From NCBI GenBank assembly GCA_035221665.1, contig CM069156.1, positions 14,880,001 to 14,944,000 on the forward strand: a DNA stretch of 64,000 nt, read 5' to 3'. Origin of the DNA: Okamejei kenojei (taxonomy: Eukaryota). Shown here piece after piece: positions 25,290 through 39,665 of the stretch. Both the position numbers and the translations under genes were made by a program. Numbering within the stretch: the stretch's first letter is position 1; each line of letters starts with the position of its first letter. The notes below the pieces were generated by a model. That model saw nothing but the letters and a program-made list of their open reading frames with translations. It did not search any database and was not told the DNA's origin.

Positions 25290-26990
25290 TAACTCTCTGT
25301 GCACCCTTATATGCTCAAAAGAAAAAAGTCCCAGCTTATCCAACTTCAACCCTGCAAGTTAGGTAACATCCTGGTGAATCTCTTCTGCACCCTTTCCAAC
25401 TTGATGACATCCTTCCGCCTTCCTGCATCATGTTGTCTCAACTTTTGTACTTGATACCCTTCCCTAAGAAGGCTAGCATGCCAAAGGGCTTCTTCGCCAC
25501 ACTATCCACTTGATTCCCCACTCTCAGGGAACCCAAATGATTGATATTAAGTTGTCAACTTAGATATCTTTCCTCATTGTCCAATGTACCACCAATTTTG
25601 ATGTCACAAATTTACGAACAATGTTAACTACATGTCATACAAATTGTTAATGTCAATAACAAACAGCAGTATACCCAGCACCGAACCCACTGCAGTACTC
25701 CACTTGTTACGTGCCTCCAATCAGAAAAACAACCTTTCACTACAAGCCTTTGATTTCTTCTTCTAAGCCTACTTTGAATCAAATTGGCTAGCTCACCTTG
25801 GATCTTATGCGATCTAACTGTCCAGACTGGCCTACCATGTGGGGCCTTCTCAAAGTTGTCCATATAGACAACGTCCACAGCCCTGTCCTCATTAATCCTC
25901 TTGGTGGCCTCTTAAAAATTCCATGCTGAATATTCTTAGTGATTCTGAGTCCATTCAAATGCTGGTAGATATGGTCTACAAGAATCCCCTTCAAAAACAT
26001 TCCCACCACTGACATCATGTTTGCTGCCTGTAGTTCCTTGGCTTGTCCTTACTGTCCTTCTTAAATAATGGAACACCATTAGTCACCCTGCAGTCTTCAG
26101 GAACTCCCCTGTGGCAAATGATCATGCAAATATTTCTGCAAGGACCTCCACTATCTCCTCCTTAGCTTCCCACAGGATCTGAGGGTGTACCTTGTCAGAA
26201 CCTGGGGATTTATCCACCTTAATGCCCATTAAATCCACCAATACCTCCTCTTTGGTCATTCGTATCTGAACTAAGACATCATAACTATTGTGCCTCAATT
26301 CCTGAGCTTCTAAGATCTTCTCCATAAAAACGGACGAGAAGTATTTATTTAATATCTCCTCCATCTCTACAGAAAGACACCCATGTGGTCTTTAAGGGTT
26401 CCTATTCTTTGCCAAGCCTCCTTTTTGATATACCTGTAGAATCCCTTTGGATTTTCTTTTACCTTGAGTGCCAGCTACATTTCATGACCTTTTTTGTGCT
26501 CTGTTGAGTGTCCGTGTAATCACAGAAGGTTTCACTTGAGCCTGACTACGTAGATCTGACATGCCTGCTTTTTCCCAACCAAAGCCCCAACATCTCTCAT
26601 TAACCAGGATTTCCTTAACTTGACAGCCTTATCCTTCAACCCTAACAGGAACATGCTGCCCCCTACTCTTGCTATCTCAATTTTGAAAGCCTCCCACTTG
26701 GCAGGTGGCTCCTTATCTGCGAACTGATCTTCTAATTGATCTCTTCAAGTTCCACTCTAATGCTTCCAAATTGGGCCTGGCCCCAATTTTGGTTCTTCAC
26801 TTCTCCATAACTACTTTAAAACTAATGGAACTAATGGTGCCAAAGTGCTCCCCGGTGACAATTCCCTCACTTGCTCTACATCATTCTGTAAGACGATATC
26901 CAGACTTCTGCCTTCTCTCGTAGGGCCTGCTATATATTGACTGAGGAAGCTTTCTTGGACACATTAAACAAATTCCACTCTTTACACTAT
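25290..26990 (-). mobile_element. Degraded CR1-clade LINE
   Basis: ILNKYFSSVF, IKVDKSPGSDKVHPQILWE, DVVYMD..KAPHGR, VTSGVLQ peptides. Confidence 0.85.
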
Positions 26991-27879
26991 GGAGTCAGTT
27001 TCAAGGAATTTGAAATCTTGCCACTCAAAATTGAAACCATCTCGGAGCCTAATGAAGACAGAGTGGGTGAATTTTATCAATGCTTTTTCCCAGTTGTAGT
27101 TGCTTCTACAAACTTCAATGTGTATTTGGTAAAAGCTCAATTTATGTGCAAAAACCTTTGCAGTATGAAAAGCTCTGAGAAAATTCATGAAGCATCTATT
27201 TCCTGGAATCCCTCCGTGCCAATTGGAAAATGTTGATTTAATTAACTGCAGGGTCCCAAATGATATTGTCTTGATTTATAAATTGATAGAAATCAGTTGT
27301 GAGGGAGGTTTGGACAACCTGAAGTTGTTTGTAACAGAGAGAGCGAAGGAGGAATTTTATTTGGTATCTAAAATGACATGGGCCTTGGACACAGAAAGAC
27401 ATGAGAGAGGGATAACTTTGAAGTGTTAGAAAGTTAAGAAATGGTTCCATACTTAAGTTGGTGGACTTCAAGGAATCAACATCTGGTGGGGAGGATTTGC
27501 AGAGCCTTCATTACATGCGAAGCATTTTTGTGAAGCAGCTTCTTGAGATTGATGACAGCTTGTTTTCTTGCTCTGCCAGTTCTGATGAGGCTAATGTGAG
27601 ATCCAGAGGTTGTGCCACGGTGGGGAAGGACGTGCTTGATGAAGTCAGTGGGTTGATATTTTGGGACATCGAGCGCTCTGCCCATCATTTGCTGAGGTTC
27701 TATGTGCTCGCGATGGAGGAAATTCAAGATTGGTGGTGGGAGCCCAGATGCTCCTTCACCATTTCAGGTGGACATTGGTCAAGGATTTCTATGAGATGGC
27801 AGAGATGGTACATTTGTTCAAGGAAGCTTTGAGAACTGCCTTTAAGCATTTTTCCCTGTTCTTCCAGCACTCTCTTGCT

Positions 27880-28260
27880 GTAATAGATCTTTGATATGCT
27901 ATTTAAGAAAGCTGCTTATAGAGCCCCACCTTCAGAGCTGGCTGAGCATTATTGGAGGAGGCTGGAGATGTTGGCCTGGAAGAGGACACTGACATTATTT
28001 ATTCCGCCAATGGATTTCATTGATTTTTGCAGAAAGACATTGATAGTATCTCCCAAGTGCTTTAAGGTATTATCGTAGGTAAACCATGTAGAGCATGGGA
28101 ATCACTGCTGCCTCGTAGACCATCACCGTTGCACCAAGTTTGAGGTCTTGAGCTTTGATCGCTCTTTTCCTCAGAAACCCAAAGGCTCTGCTGGTGCAGC
28201 AGAAAGCGGAGTGAATATTTTCATAAAGGCTTCCCTTTCCAGAGCGGGATTTCTGAGATT
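27880..28260 (-). mobile_element. RTE-clade LINE fragment
   Basis: AFGFLRKR...LKLGATVMVYEAAVIPMLY resembles the RTE post-RT motif. Confidence 0.55.
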
Positions 28261-29267
28261 TGGGAAAGAGACACCTTTTCCAAGGTTTCTTCATGGATCC
28301 ATATTGTCAGGGGGTAGTGTTGTGAGAGGATGTCAAGTACAATGTCCATACTCTGGATTGTTTCAATGGATTGAACCTTGGCCTCTCAATGTATATCTGC
28401 AAGAATTGTCAGTGCAATGTAGCTCATTGTGACTGAGGTTCGAATGACCTTGGCTCTGGAATGAAGGTGACATTGGTTGAATGGTTCCCCATTCATTTGC
28501 TTCAGCAAGAAACTTGCAAAAGGTGAGGTGCAATATGTGATCATACAAAAATTAGTAGAGGTTTGGAGCAATAACAAAGTCTTGACCCCGGTCTTCGAAT
28601 GACCTGTTGCTTAGAATTATCGCTTGCTTGCCGTCATTTAGCAGATGAAGAATGGAAATTATTTATTTTGAGGGCAGATGAATTTGAAAGGAATGCTCCA
28701 CAGTCTTGCAGTTGATGATCACTTGGTATGCTGTAAACTATGAACTGAGATCCGAGATGTGGTATTGCACTGGAGAAGTCTTTCTCAGTCAGCATGGACA
28801 AATGGCCAAAGAGCCTCATTCGAAGCCATTAATTTCTATAATTCCATCAGTTCTTTTGAACCTGTGCCAGCTCTCTGTAACCTTGATGATCTTAACATAA
28901 TTTCCATTCCTCAGGGCAATGTGTAAACATACATGCGCAAGTGTCATTGCAAGGGTTGCTATGGTAATTGTAACTGCTTAAATCTGTGTGAGTAGTTAGT
29001 GTAGCTTACTATTAACATGGAAGTGATTTATCTGAAATTCAAGTCACATTCTTGCTTACCATGGTTCCAGATAGCAACAGTGACTCAAAAGTAATTTATT
29101 GGTTGTAAAAAGTAATATTATTACTCTCCATAGCCTTGGAATGCCCTTGGGTAAAAGTCACCAAATTTATGAATGTTCTATTTCTTGCTCTTCAAACGGT
29201 TTGCACGGTTCTTCCTGATCCAACGATGACACAATTTTTTGCTTTATTCTCCATTTCTTTTCTTTAA

Positions 29268-29695
29268 TTATTTTTTTAAATTTTGGTTAGAAGTAAGTAC
29301 AGTAGTGTGGTACCTAAGTAGCTAATACATATATACACATTACCATTCTTGTACAACTTCGTGTTTTTAATTTAATAATAAAAGAACAGTGAAAGAAAAA
29401 GGGAAATAAAGGGTGTCGAGATAGATGGACAAGCGAGTAGAAACAGATAGCGAAAGAGACAGCGAGCAGAGATAAAAAGCTAAGAAGATTGAAAGAAAAA
29501 GAGAAAGCAGAGAGAAAATAAATTAGGAGAGATATACCTATTTCGTATCTTTACCCATCCGTCACCCGGTTCTGAACCATTTAATTTCTAAGGTTTTGTT
29601 ATGTTGCACCATATGCTTGTAAAAAGTCGATAAAAGGAGACCAAGTCTTTAAGAATTGGTCTACTTTGCCTAGTAGGAGGAATATTCTCCATTTC
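29268..29695 (-). mobile_element. L1-clade LINE 3' end
   Basis: Reverse strand DQFLKTWSPFIDFL, pyrimidine-rich UTR, A-rich tail. Confidence 0.7.
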
Positions 29696-32204
29696 TGTGG
29701 TCGATTCCTGTTGCACACAACTACCAAATGGGGCCTTTCATTCCGGTTTGTCCCAACATCTCATATCACCAATCCCACTGTTGTAAGGGCCGTTGCCACT
29801 TTCTCATGTTGCCTTGTCCAACACATTTCTTTACGCTCGTCCATGCTTTGGAAGGCCAGTGCCTCACTTACAGGACACCACTGGAACAATTTCCAGGAGT
29901 TCCTTTGGACCCATGCCCTTGATGCACGCTTGTGCCACCTTTTTGCAACCTTACCTGATCCAAGCTTCACAAAACTCTTCCATGCACACGTTGCGTGGTT
30001 CATTTTTACTTCAACCTCTTTGTCACTATTGTTCAGCTCTCCACTGCAGGCAAATAAACTTCCGAGGCAGATTTTAGAGTGAGAAGTTGTGAAAAAATGG
30101 GATTTTGATATTCCGTGTCAGCACTGTGAAGAGAAAAGGGCATCTTGTGCATGGGGTCTAAGTGGGGATATTGCAGGGTCACTGGCAGTGGGCGCCGTCA
30201 CAGCAGAAACACCAGTATTGGGGTGATTTTGTTTTCTAAGAATGATGATGGAGAAGAACATCATGTACACCACACCATTTTGTACATCATCATTTCAATA
30301 AAAAATCTTTTTGCTAACAGAAATTCAGCTGCCGTGTTTTAATTGTTAGGTATCTGAACTCCTTTTCTCACTGCATTAAAATGATGAATTTTAGCCTGAA
30401 GATTAGAATTTTTATTTGTCTAAAAAGGTTAGATTGCTAAAAACGGCATATCAGTTATTGATTCCATTCATAACAACCCTTGATATAACTGAATTATTAC
30501 ATCACCCACAATTTTAGTTAAGACCCCTGTTAAAAAAGTTTAAATAAATAGGGTAAATCTTCTGTGAAAAGAGCAAAGGAATGATGCAGGAATGTGTGTT
30601 ATGTTCAGTCAAAATGTGCTAAAGCGTCAATTGGCTCTGCTTGTTCCACTAATTAGTACGAATAAGAGATTCCAAGAAATTCTCATTCTCATCCACACTG
30701 GAGACTATTAGATAATTGTAAAAGACGAGGCTGAAAGTTTGCAACCAAGAGCTGCAGACTTGATCCACGCCAGTCTCCTGCTGAAGTCTCCACCATTACT
30801 CTTCTGACCAATTTAGAAGCACTGATTACAGCAAAGGCCAAGGCCCCCAACGGCATTGCTGATGTAATGCTGATGACTTGTTCCACACGTGGCTCTACCC
30901 CAATGGCACATGCATGTTGGGACATGAATGTCAGCTCGTCAAGGAGAGCTGGAAAACTGCTCATGTATCTGCAGCAATACACCTGTCCCAAAGGTGTTTC
31001 AGTCTTCCAATGATATCTATCATGTTTCAGATTTTAAACCAAATTAGTGCTATAACCATAAGATGGTTTATCCACCTTCCAAATCAGGTAAGTGTTCATA
31101 GGTGCAGATTGTACATTCTTACTGTCAATGCTTGAACTGGTTTGAATGGGATATATGTTTAAGGAACCACATATTTATTCAGTTTATTGAAAAGTCAACA
31201 TTTTACAAAATGTTAAATGGTCAGCTAGACATAGATCACAAGACCTACACCAACCCCAAACCAATTAGGAGCTGACGAGGGCATTCAATCCAATTTGTGG
31301 TCCCAGCCACAAAGACAGATGTGTACAGCAATTTGTTCTTCCCACGCACTATTAAAGCATGGAATAATCTCCACCAAACCACGGTTGCCCAGCCAGATGC
31401 AACTAAATTTAAAGTGGCACTTTCTTCCCAATAACCCTCTCTGGCTAAACCCCTCCCTTCACCACCTCCAGTTTAAATTCCAGTTGGAATATTTTGGAGA
31501 ACCAAGTAACCAAGAACAAGTAATACTGAATGCTGAATTATAAAGGTTACAACAGGGTCAGAACTCACACAGTTCATAAACCTCCCACTGGATTGCCCAC
31601 AATGATTGACCGCCAAGCGTTTCATCTTGTTCTGCAATTTCAGCCTGTTTGCTGTTGCCTGCATTCTCTTTATCTTTCCTATTGTTCCCAGGTGTAGGGT
31701 TGCTCCCATCATCTCTTCACTCAACACCTAAAGTTCTAATTCTGGTTTTGGCAGAGCTCTGCACTGAACAGAGAAGCAAAGTATTTAAGAATTCATGATG
31801 ATATATTGCTGAATAAATAGTAATGACTTGTAGAGTGTGAGTGTGTGAGATGGGAAGGTAATTTGTAACGAGAGAACTAGAGGTACTTGTATTGTAACTA
31901 AACATTCCAGATTAAGTTTCAGGTCTGAAAGGAGTGGCCTTATCATTTGGGTTCCTCTTAAAAACATGTTTCTTTAAAATATTACTAAATAAAGGCATTG
32001 GTTTATGTCATTGACACACGCTGATTCGGATGATCCAGAGTCTGCTTAGTATGGTGAGAGTTGGAAATTGCTAGGTACAAATTACCTCAGTAGTATAGGA
32101 TGGTGATGAAGAAATGTGACTTTCAGATAATTCCAGAACTTTCATCAGAGTCTTTTCATTGCTACCCATCGATTTCCATTCAATATCGAGAGACACAATA
32201 TCAG

Positions 32205-32507
32205 AGGCACGGTGGCACAGCGGGAGAGTTGCTGCCTTACAGCACCTTACTGTGCGAGAGACCCAGGTTCGAACCCGGCTATGGGTGCTGTCTGCACGGA
32301 GTTTGTATGTTCTCCCCATGTGACCTGCGTGGGTATTCTCCGAGATCTTCGGTTTCCTCCCACACTCCAAGGATGTATAGGTTTATACGTTAATTGCTTG
32401 GTATAAATGTAAATTGTCCCTAGAGTGTGTAGGATTGTGCAGACTCAGTTGGCCGAAGGGCCTGTTTCTGTGCTGTATCTCTAAACTAAACTAAACTAAA
32501 CTAAACT
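32205..32507 (+). mobile_element. HE1-like V-SINE
   Basis: Full head, V-domain and (ctaaa)5 tail. Confidence 0.88.
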
Positions 32508-32929
32508 ACGATCCAAAAACTCAAGATTGCTGTTGAGAGATCAGATCACTATTCGGAGATTATATATCATTATCGGGAAGTAGGATCACTTTCCAGATAT
32601 AGTGAATCATGAAAATTAAGAAAACGACAGACACAATATATCTGAAATAAAAACAGAAGATGCTAAGACACATCAAGCAACATTCAGCAGAAAGAGAAAT
32701 AGTTAACATTTCAGATTGAAAACCATTTACCAGAACTGCGAATAAGAGAAAACAAGTTAGTTTCGGCAGCGTTGGATGTGGGGGACAAAGGGTGGAACAA
32801 AGAGAATTTTGGTGATTGGGTGAAATGACTAGATAATCTCCTTTGCCTATGCAATGTTTTGTTAATCTTATGAAGTCTAGGTAATGTTGTATAGTCAATC
32901 TTGGTGACTCAAGGTCACAGTATAGTCAA

Positions 32930-33370
32930 TCTGATTTTTTCGGCGACTGCTTCAGTGACATCACGCTGCGACAATCTGCGTCCGCTGACGCTACTATTTC
33001 CAGGACCTCAACAGCGACAAACAAATGACAGCATACGACAGCGCCTACGACCGCACAGACATCAAACAGCAACAGCCGAAGTCAACATAAGTCCACCCAC
33101 GACACGATACGTCAGACTGCCTCACTGTCTATGACATCTGAGGACACCAGGTTGACGCATGACAATGCATGATGACGTATGGTGACGCAGGCTGTCGCAA
33201 AATGAATTAGCCGAGATCATGACCTTGCGTCACCATGCGTCACCGAACGGTGTCGCGGAAAGATTTTGAACATTCCAAAATCCAGCGGCGGCAAGGAGAC
33301 ATCGCGTCATGTCGCGACAACCTTTTTTTCAGGCTGTCGCCGAAAATGTTGCCCAAGTGGGACAGGCACG
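32930..33370. mobile_element. Related Harbinger-type MITE, left TIR partly lost
   Basis: Right end cgccgaaaatgttgcccaagtgggacaggc resembles the 20665 TIR; left tttttcggcgactgc; CpG-rich, partly palindromic body. Confidence 0.6.
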
Positions 33371-34639
33371 CTAGTGACTCAAGATGACTATCCAGATCCA
33401 TCAGATCATTATCTGAAGACACATCAATACCTAGCAACACCAGTTTACCTCTCAGGAACGGCAGATATCTGTTCCGGGGCACCAGTTCATTATCCAGAGG
33501 CACAAGATTACTATACAGAAACACTAGATCATTACTCACATTGCTCTCCAAGTGCATCAGTTTGCAGAATTTGAGAGCTCCTCAGGTCATTGACCAAAGA
33601 CAGGGGTTCATGATCTTGGCACTCCCATTCACTAATCCCCATTCCTGATTCTGACCAAGGATGCTGGACCAGTTTCTAATCAGTACCTGGAGTTTCCAAA
33701 TTACGATTTGGGAAAGCTATTAGGAACTCCTGAGATAGAATTTGTTTAAAAGGCCAGAAAAAACAGAGGCAGAATCAGTGGGTTATGTTCAAATCACACA
33801 GTTGCTTGTGGATTTCCACACAGATTAGCTTTGAGCCTTCAGTTTTTCACAATCCATGTATTTTATTTTAGATTAAAGATAATCTGCACGGTATGCAATT
33901 ATCTGATGATACGCAAGAGAGGAAAGTGAGTTGTGAGGAAGACAAACTCCTCCTTGCAGGTTAAGGTAATGGATAGGGCGAAGTATAGTGTGGGGAAACG
34001 TGGGCAACCTCATTTTCTCTTCACTAATTAGTTCAGGCCTCAACTTCTTGATATCATGAAGCCCTAACCTTCTAATCCTGTTTGACATCCAAACCAAACT
34101 CCTTGCCCTGATCCTGATCCTGAAAAGCAACCCCTCCCTTGATATGGTCAATCTTCATTGCCGACCCACTCCCACTGATTCTTATTGCTGATGACCATCT
34201 CTGACTGGCAACCCTGCCTCGCACCTAACCCTATTAATTTGGTCCAGGATGGTACATTTTCTTTAGTGCTCCCGAAAATGCAGGATGAAATACAGCAGTG
34301 GTTCAATGCTAAACGTTAAAGTGTGCAGTGCAAGGCTCATGATTAGATATTTTGTTGGCATGCCTGTCTTGCCTAGGCCAGTAGAGTACAATTTCTAGGC
34401 TATGAGTTTCTAAGATGATGCTGGTTGACTATTTCTTTTATCTGGAGAGCCTTGCAATGGAAACAAAAGTAGGCTTGAACTAGGCTGGAGAAGAAAGATC
34501 ATTGATCAGGGCTTTGTACTTCTCCAGAGATCTATACTCTGGAGAGCTGCAATTGCCAAGACATTGTATGTTCAGCAATTGAGGGTGATACATTTTGGAA
34601 CCAGGAGATTTGAGGATTCAGTTTTAAATTATTTAGGCT

Positions 34640-34780
34640 TCCTCTTCTTCTTGCGTATGGCGTGCACAGCCTAAAGTTGTAAGACAACTTGTTCTGTTTG
34701 ATCTTCTGTTTATGCACGGCAGGTTGATTGCATTCGTCGAAACCGGGTGGACCACGTGAAGGTTGCAATCTCCCACCCCA
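34640..34780 (-). mobile_element. LINE 3' terminus with (AAG)n tail, RTE-like; second short copy at ~42198-42236 (+)
   Basis: Shared acaactttaggctgtgcacgccatacgcaagaaga in both copies. Confidence 0.55.
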
Positions 34781-37700
34781 TCATTTCGGCTGAGTGGCTG
34801 CATTTTTTGCCTAGCAAGGGGGAAGCACTGAAATAATTGGAAAGGAAGGAGAAATGTTCTGCAGTTGATGTTAACCTGCGAAGAATAAACTAATTGGGAA
34901 TGTTCATAATGCAGAAAGAAGGCAATGTTAATGTTACTATGACTGTCCGCCCTGGCAGTGAAACATTAAGGCAGTGGTGTTTCAGTACTGAAACTGAAGT
35001 AGCTGCAGTAACAGGGAATTACTCACTGCCTGCTCCATGGGCAGTTTCATATCCATGTGATATTCTGAACTCTTGTTTTGAGGTGTGGCTGGAGCAGATT
35101 TAGTCAGTCAAGCTCTTGAGGTTTGCAAGGCAGTTTCTGGCAGTACCACGTGTTCAGGTGAATACCAGAGAAACTGAAACTTGACACAATCAAAGATTTC
35201 CTTTTCAAAAATATCTCGAGTAGGACATGATTCACCAAACTTACAAGCACTGTGATAAATTTACATTGATGTGAAACTGAATTAATGTTTCACACAACTT
35301 CATAACCTTCAAATAATCGGCATCTATATGATAGTTGGACAGAGATCAGAGAATGAAGTACATATTGGAAATCCACCATTCATTAATACATGGTTTCTGT
35401 GCATCTCACTTGTAGAATTAAGTGGTTTATTGAGTGAGTACAAGGAAGCTGTCACTAATTGATAGAGGTTGTGATACTAAAGCATAAAAGAGCAGTTGTA
35501 GCATTTGTTTATGAGGAAGGCTTTTACTAATTCAGGGAGAGAGATGGCATCATTCAGCGATGAAGGGGAAGGGGTCAATAATGAGGGGAGAACAGCATCA
35601 CCCACTGACAGAGGAGAATTTGTCCCTCATTGATGGTTGGGAGATGCATCATTTGCTGTTAACAGTATAAACTGACCGGCATTTCTTCAATGTGCACCAT
35701 ACAATGATCATGTGCTTAACCCTAGGTTGGGCACTCCCTGATGAGGAGCCTTCCTGACTGGGCTCTGCCTCCTCACTCTCTTTGGAACAAGGAACAGGAA
35801 TCAATGGAAGTAAAGAACAAATTCATCAGCACCAATTCCACATTTTACTCAATGGGATTGGCCACCAGATTGAGGCATAGCCACTCTTCATCAGGGGTTT
35901 TGTATCAATCATATTTGTAACTGCATTGGGATACAGACAATATTGTCGAAATTTGTCCGCCCTCCAACCTCCGGGTGGTCTAACAACCTCCAGTTATTGC
36001 TGAGTTTTAGCTTGCACCGTAACTGTGTAAATTTAGTATACTGCGGCTAAAGATATGATCTTTGGCATTAGAAGTGAAATGTAAAATTCATTTTTTACCA
36101 TGGTGTATTTGGTGTGAAGGGGAATTCCACACAGACAGGAAGGTGGCCTTTACAAAGCGTGGAGGCCAAGGAGAAAATGATAAGCTGACTGACTTGATTA
36201 TGCTTATCGTCGAGATTTTGGTAAGTGAAACTCTCCAGGTAGATGTACTGGTCACCGAGTCCATCTCCACAGAGAGACAGAGTTTAATGAATGTATCTGT
36301 ACTAGCATGTAACCACAGGGAGTGTGGCTTTTGTTAAGCAGAGCAGGGTAAACTATTTTAGCAATGCATCCCATAGCCACATAGTCTTTTGATCTGAGGG
36401 ATTGTAATAACGTGGTTCACTTTAGTCTTCATAGATAGGATAGAACTACCAGAAAAAAACTTTTGTGTATATTGAATGAGAATTTTTAAACATTTCTGGA
36501 TAAAGTAAATAATTTTAACACCAACTCGATAAACCAAGTGAACATTAATTTCCCTGTTTCTGTTATGATTCCTCCCTCCCTTCCTGAAGGAATTACATCC
36601 TTTCTCATATTCAGCTCCACAGCTATTGACCTCCTTCCAGAGGCCAACAGTATTTTCTGATATATACCCACTTTGTGAGGGTACATAGATTTCTCAATTG
36701 CTCACCCCATCAGAAAGATTTGCATCCATCTGGGAGATTTTATTACAGATATCCCAGTAACACTTTTTAGGCGTTTTTTTAAATATAGGGAGTACTGCTG
36801 TTAATTTTTGGAAAATGTTTAACAAAGAACATGATTATGAATAGATAATTAGTTGATGATTTAAGCATAACAGACAGGCAGCAGCTAGGGTAAAAAGAGC
36901 TCTTCAAAACACTAACATCCTCTCAGGAGGGGAGATGGGAGCATATATTAAAGTCTCATTCAATATATCTGGCATGAAGGGCAGACTTTCCTAAGAAGGA
37001 TTATTGGATAGTGATCATCAGCGGAAATGCTGGCTGCATTTTCATCCTTAATTCACCAGCACCAAGGCCAATCACAACAAAAAGCACATAATAAAATATT
37101 AGTCAATAGTGTAGACAAAGTGGTCCAGCAGTGATAGTAAAATGGGTTAAACATAATCGAATGGGGTGGTAGAAAGTGGGGGAAACCTACAGTGAAACAT
37201 GCTGGCCACTTTTGTTCTCCGTTTATAGACTGTTTGAATTAGGATTTGGGATCACATTCAAGTAGACAACTGTCAACAGTGAAGAGAATATAAGTAGGTT
37301 GGTTGGTCTTTTGACATGCAAAGACAGATGAAAATGTTTATTTAATATTATACATAGTAAAACAAATAACAAACAGCATTAACTACTTAATGGGAATATG
37401 TTAAAGACATCTTAAAGACAGATGAACAGTGAATCCACATGGTAAAAATATTATTTGTATATTATTGTAGTTGTGAGTGCCCTTGTTCAGAGAAAATGAG
37501 AGGATATTTCAACCAGATAATACAGGATGACACTGAAGGTAAGAAATTACAATCAGATAGAGAATTGTGATATAATGAGATTGTTTTCACTGGAGTAAAA
37601 AAGGCAGTTTGTGATTATTTACAACCTTTAATCTTAAATTATATGGTTTAGATAAGGGGAACAGATGCTGGAAAGGAAAATAATATTTCATTTGTCGGTC

Positions 37701-39650
37701 AGTTGGTGATGAAAACCCAAATGGGAGAGGAGCTGATGTTGGTGAAGTGTATCTTTCACCACAGGGAGAGATCATTACACTTTAGATTTCAAGGGTGATG
37801 TTTATCATTGATAGAATTATGTGAAAAGAATTCGGACACTGGGTTCTGGGGATGTGGGTGTGAACGGGATGGGAGGCGGAGGGGGGAGGGGGGGAGGGGG
37901 GAAAGAATCACGTCGGTACATGTTCATAAATGAATGTTTACATTTTGTCTCATTGCAATATTTTTATTATTGTGTTTGTGTCTACATTTATTAATTTAAT
38001 TCCAAACTGATGTTACAAAGGACATTCAAAGCTTATATTCAAGGCTGTTGAGTCCTTTTCTAGACTTGAAGAGATATCCGGCTCCCTGGCCTTTGTCTGA
38101 TGCAGCCGAATAATTCGCAGGAGGTCTGTATGCGCATGAGGAAAAGACACCGACTGTGCTTGTCACCACAATTAGCTCAACCAGTTGCCTGCTGTCCTCT
38201 GTTGCCAAAGGCTGTAAAACATGTTGTTTTTAGGCAAGTAAATTGGTTGCAATTTCCTTTCCTTTACTTTGGGATATTGGCATTGGTTTATTATTGCTGG
38301 GTGTTTGTTGTGATATTTGTTACCAGGCGAGAGCTAACAGTTACTCCTCCTTGATGAAAGTGAAATGACAGAAGCAGCTGAGGTGGGGAAGGGAGGAGGG
38401 GAGGGTAGTGGTGGGGGTCCCACTTGATGCTAATCCCTCTAATCAGATGGACAAGTGGGCTTGATGTGAAAGTACTGGGTGAGTGGAAATATGGGGGATG
38501 ATTTGGCTTTGGGAAGACGATATCTGGCAGGGATTTCCTTACAGTTACAGCCACATCTCTGCAACGTTGACAGCGACTCTTCAAGCTGCTCTGAGTATTC
38601 TCACTGTAAGTAAAATTAGGCAGAACAAATACCAGCCTGGCGCAAAAAGCTCAAATAAAGTGAAACAAAAGCGCTGAGAAGTCTGTATGACCAATAGAAA
38701 ATGAAGGAGGGACATTTTATCTAATGCCCTCAGTGAAGTGAGGGAGGCAAATTGGTACATAAGATTTTGAAGGGTTTCAAGGTTAGTTTCTTGTTTTTTT
38801 TTTCATCGTGTATCTATTCTTACTGGGGTTTGTATGATGTGAGCATACATGGTCAAAGATTGGGAGTATGACATGGTTGGAGCTGTGCAGCACACTGAGC
38901 CCAACCCGCACTGACGGGCATCTGCTCCTGCTGAATGAGGGGAGCTGAAGGAAAAAGGACACGGCGGGAATAAAGGGGAAAGTCAGCTATAGTTGATAGA
39001 CAGGGATTAAGAAATAACATTATGTCATATGAATACATCGTAATTATAGATAGTTAATAAGATGGAAGAGGCGGATTGCAAAGAAACTGCATTTTAGTCA
39101 CGTCAGCATTTAGTTTGATCAACTCAAGTCAGTGCTGGTCAAATTATTGAAAACAGAAATGCTGGAAAGCAGGTAAGGTAGCATCTTTCAAAAGTGAAAT
39201 GTTTCAGGTCTAGGATCTTTCATCCAAATCCTTTCAGCATCTGCATTATTTTTATGTCTGTTTAGCATAATGTAGTTCATTCACTTTTAACTTTGTTGGC
39301 CCTGGCAACATCTAACCATCCCTTTCACTCTTTGCAGCACGATATGGAGAGTCCCCATCTGGACTTCCTGGGTTAAGAATTTTTTAAGAAACTGAGTGAT
39401 TTCTCACTTTCTTTTACAGTTCAATAACTCCAGCTGAAAATTGCAGATGGATGGCAGAAGAGAGAGATTGGCTTTGCAAATTATGCCCGACGTGGTCACA
39501 TGGCACCCTTTTAACTCTCAAATGAAGAATGAGCACATTTATGTTATGGATGAATGCCAACATTTAGGAAATATTTGAGATAGAGGGAGTACCTTCATCA
39601 CAATTCCAGCATCTGCATTTTCTTGTGACTTCGCCATAAACCATGTTGTG

Positions 39651-39665
39651 GTGCCACCTGCTGGC
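39651..39665 (-). promoter_or_regulatory. Candidate CTCF site
   Basis: Reverse complement GCCAGCAGGTGGCAC matches the CTCF core consensus; motif match only. Confidence 0.4.

Noticed and set aside
37866-37901. G-rich tract as a functional G-quadruplex
   Set aside because: Intergenic low-complexity run with no supporting context.
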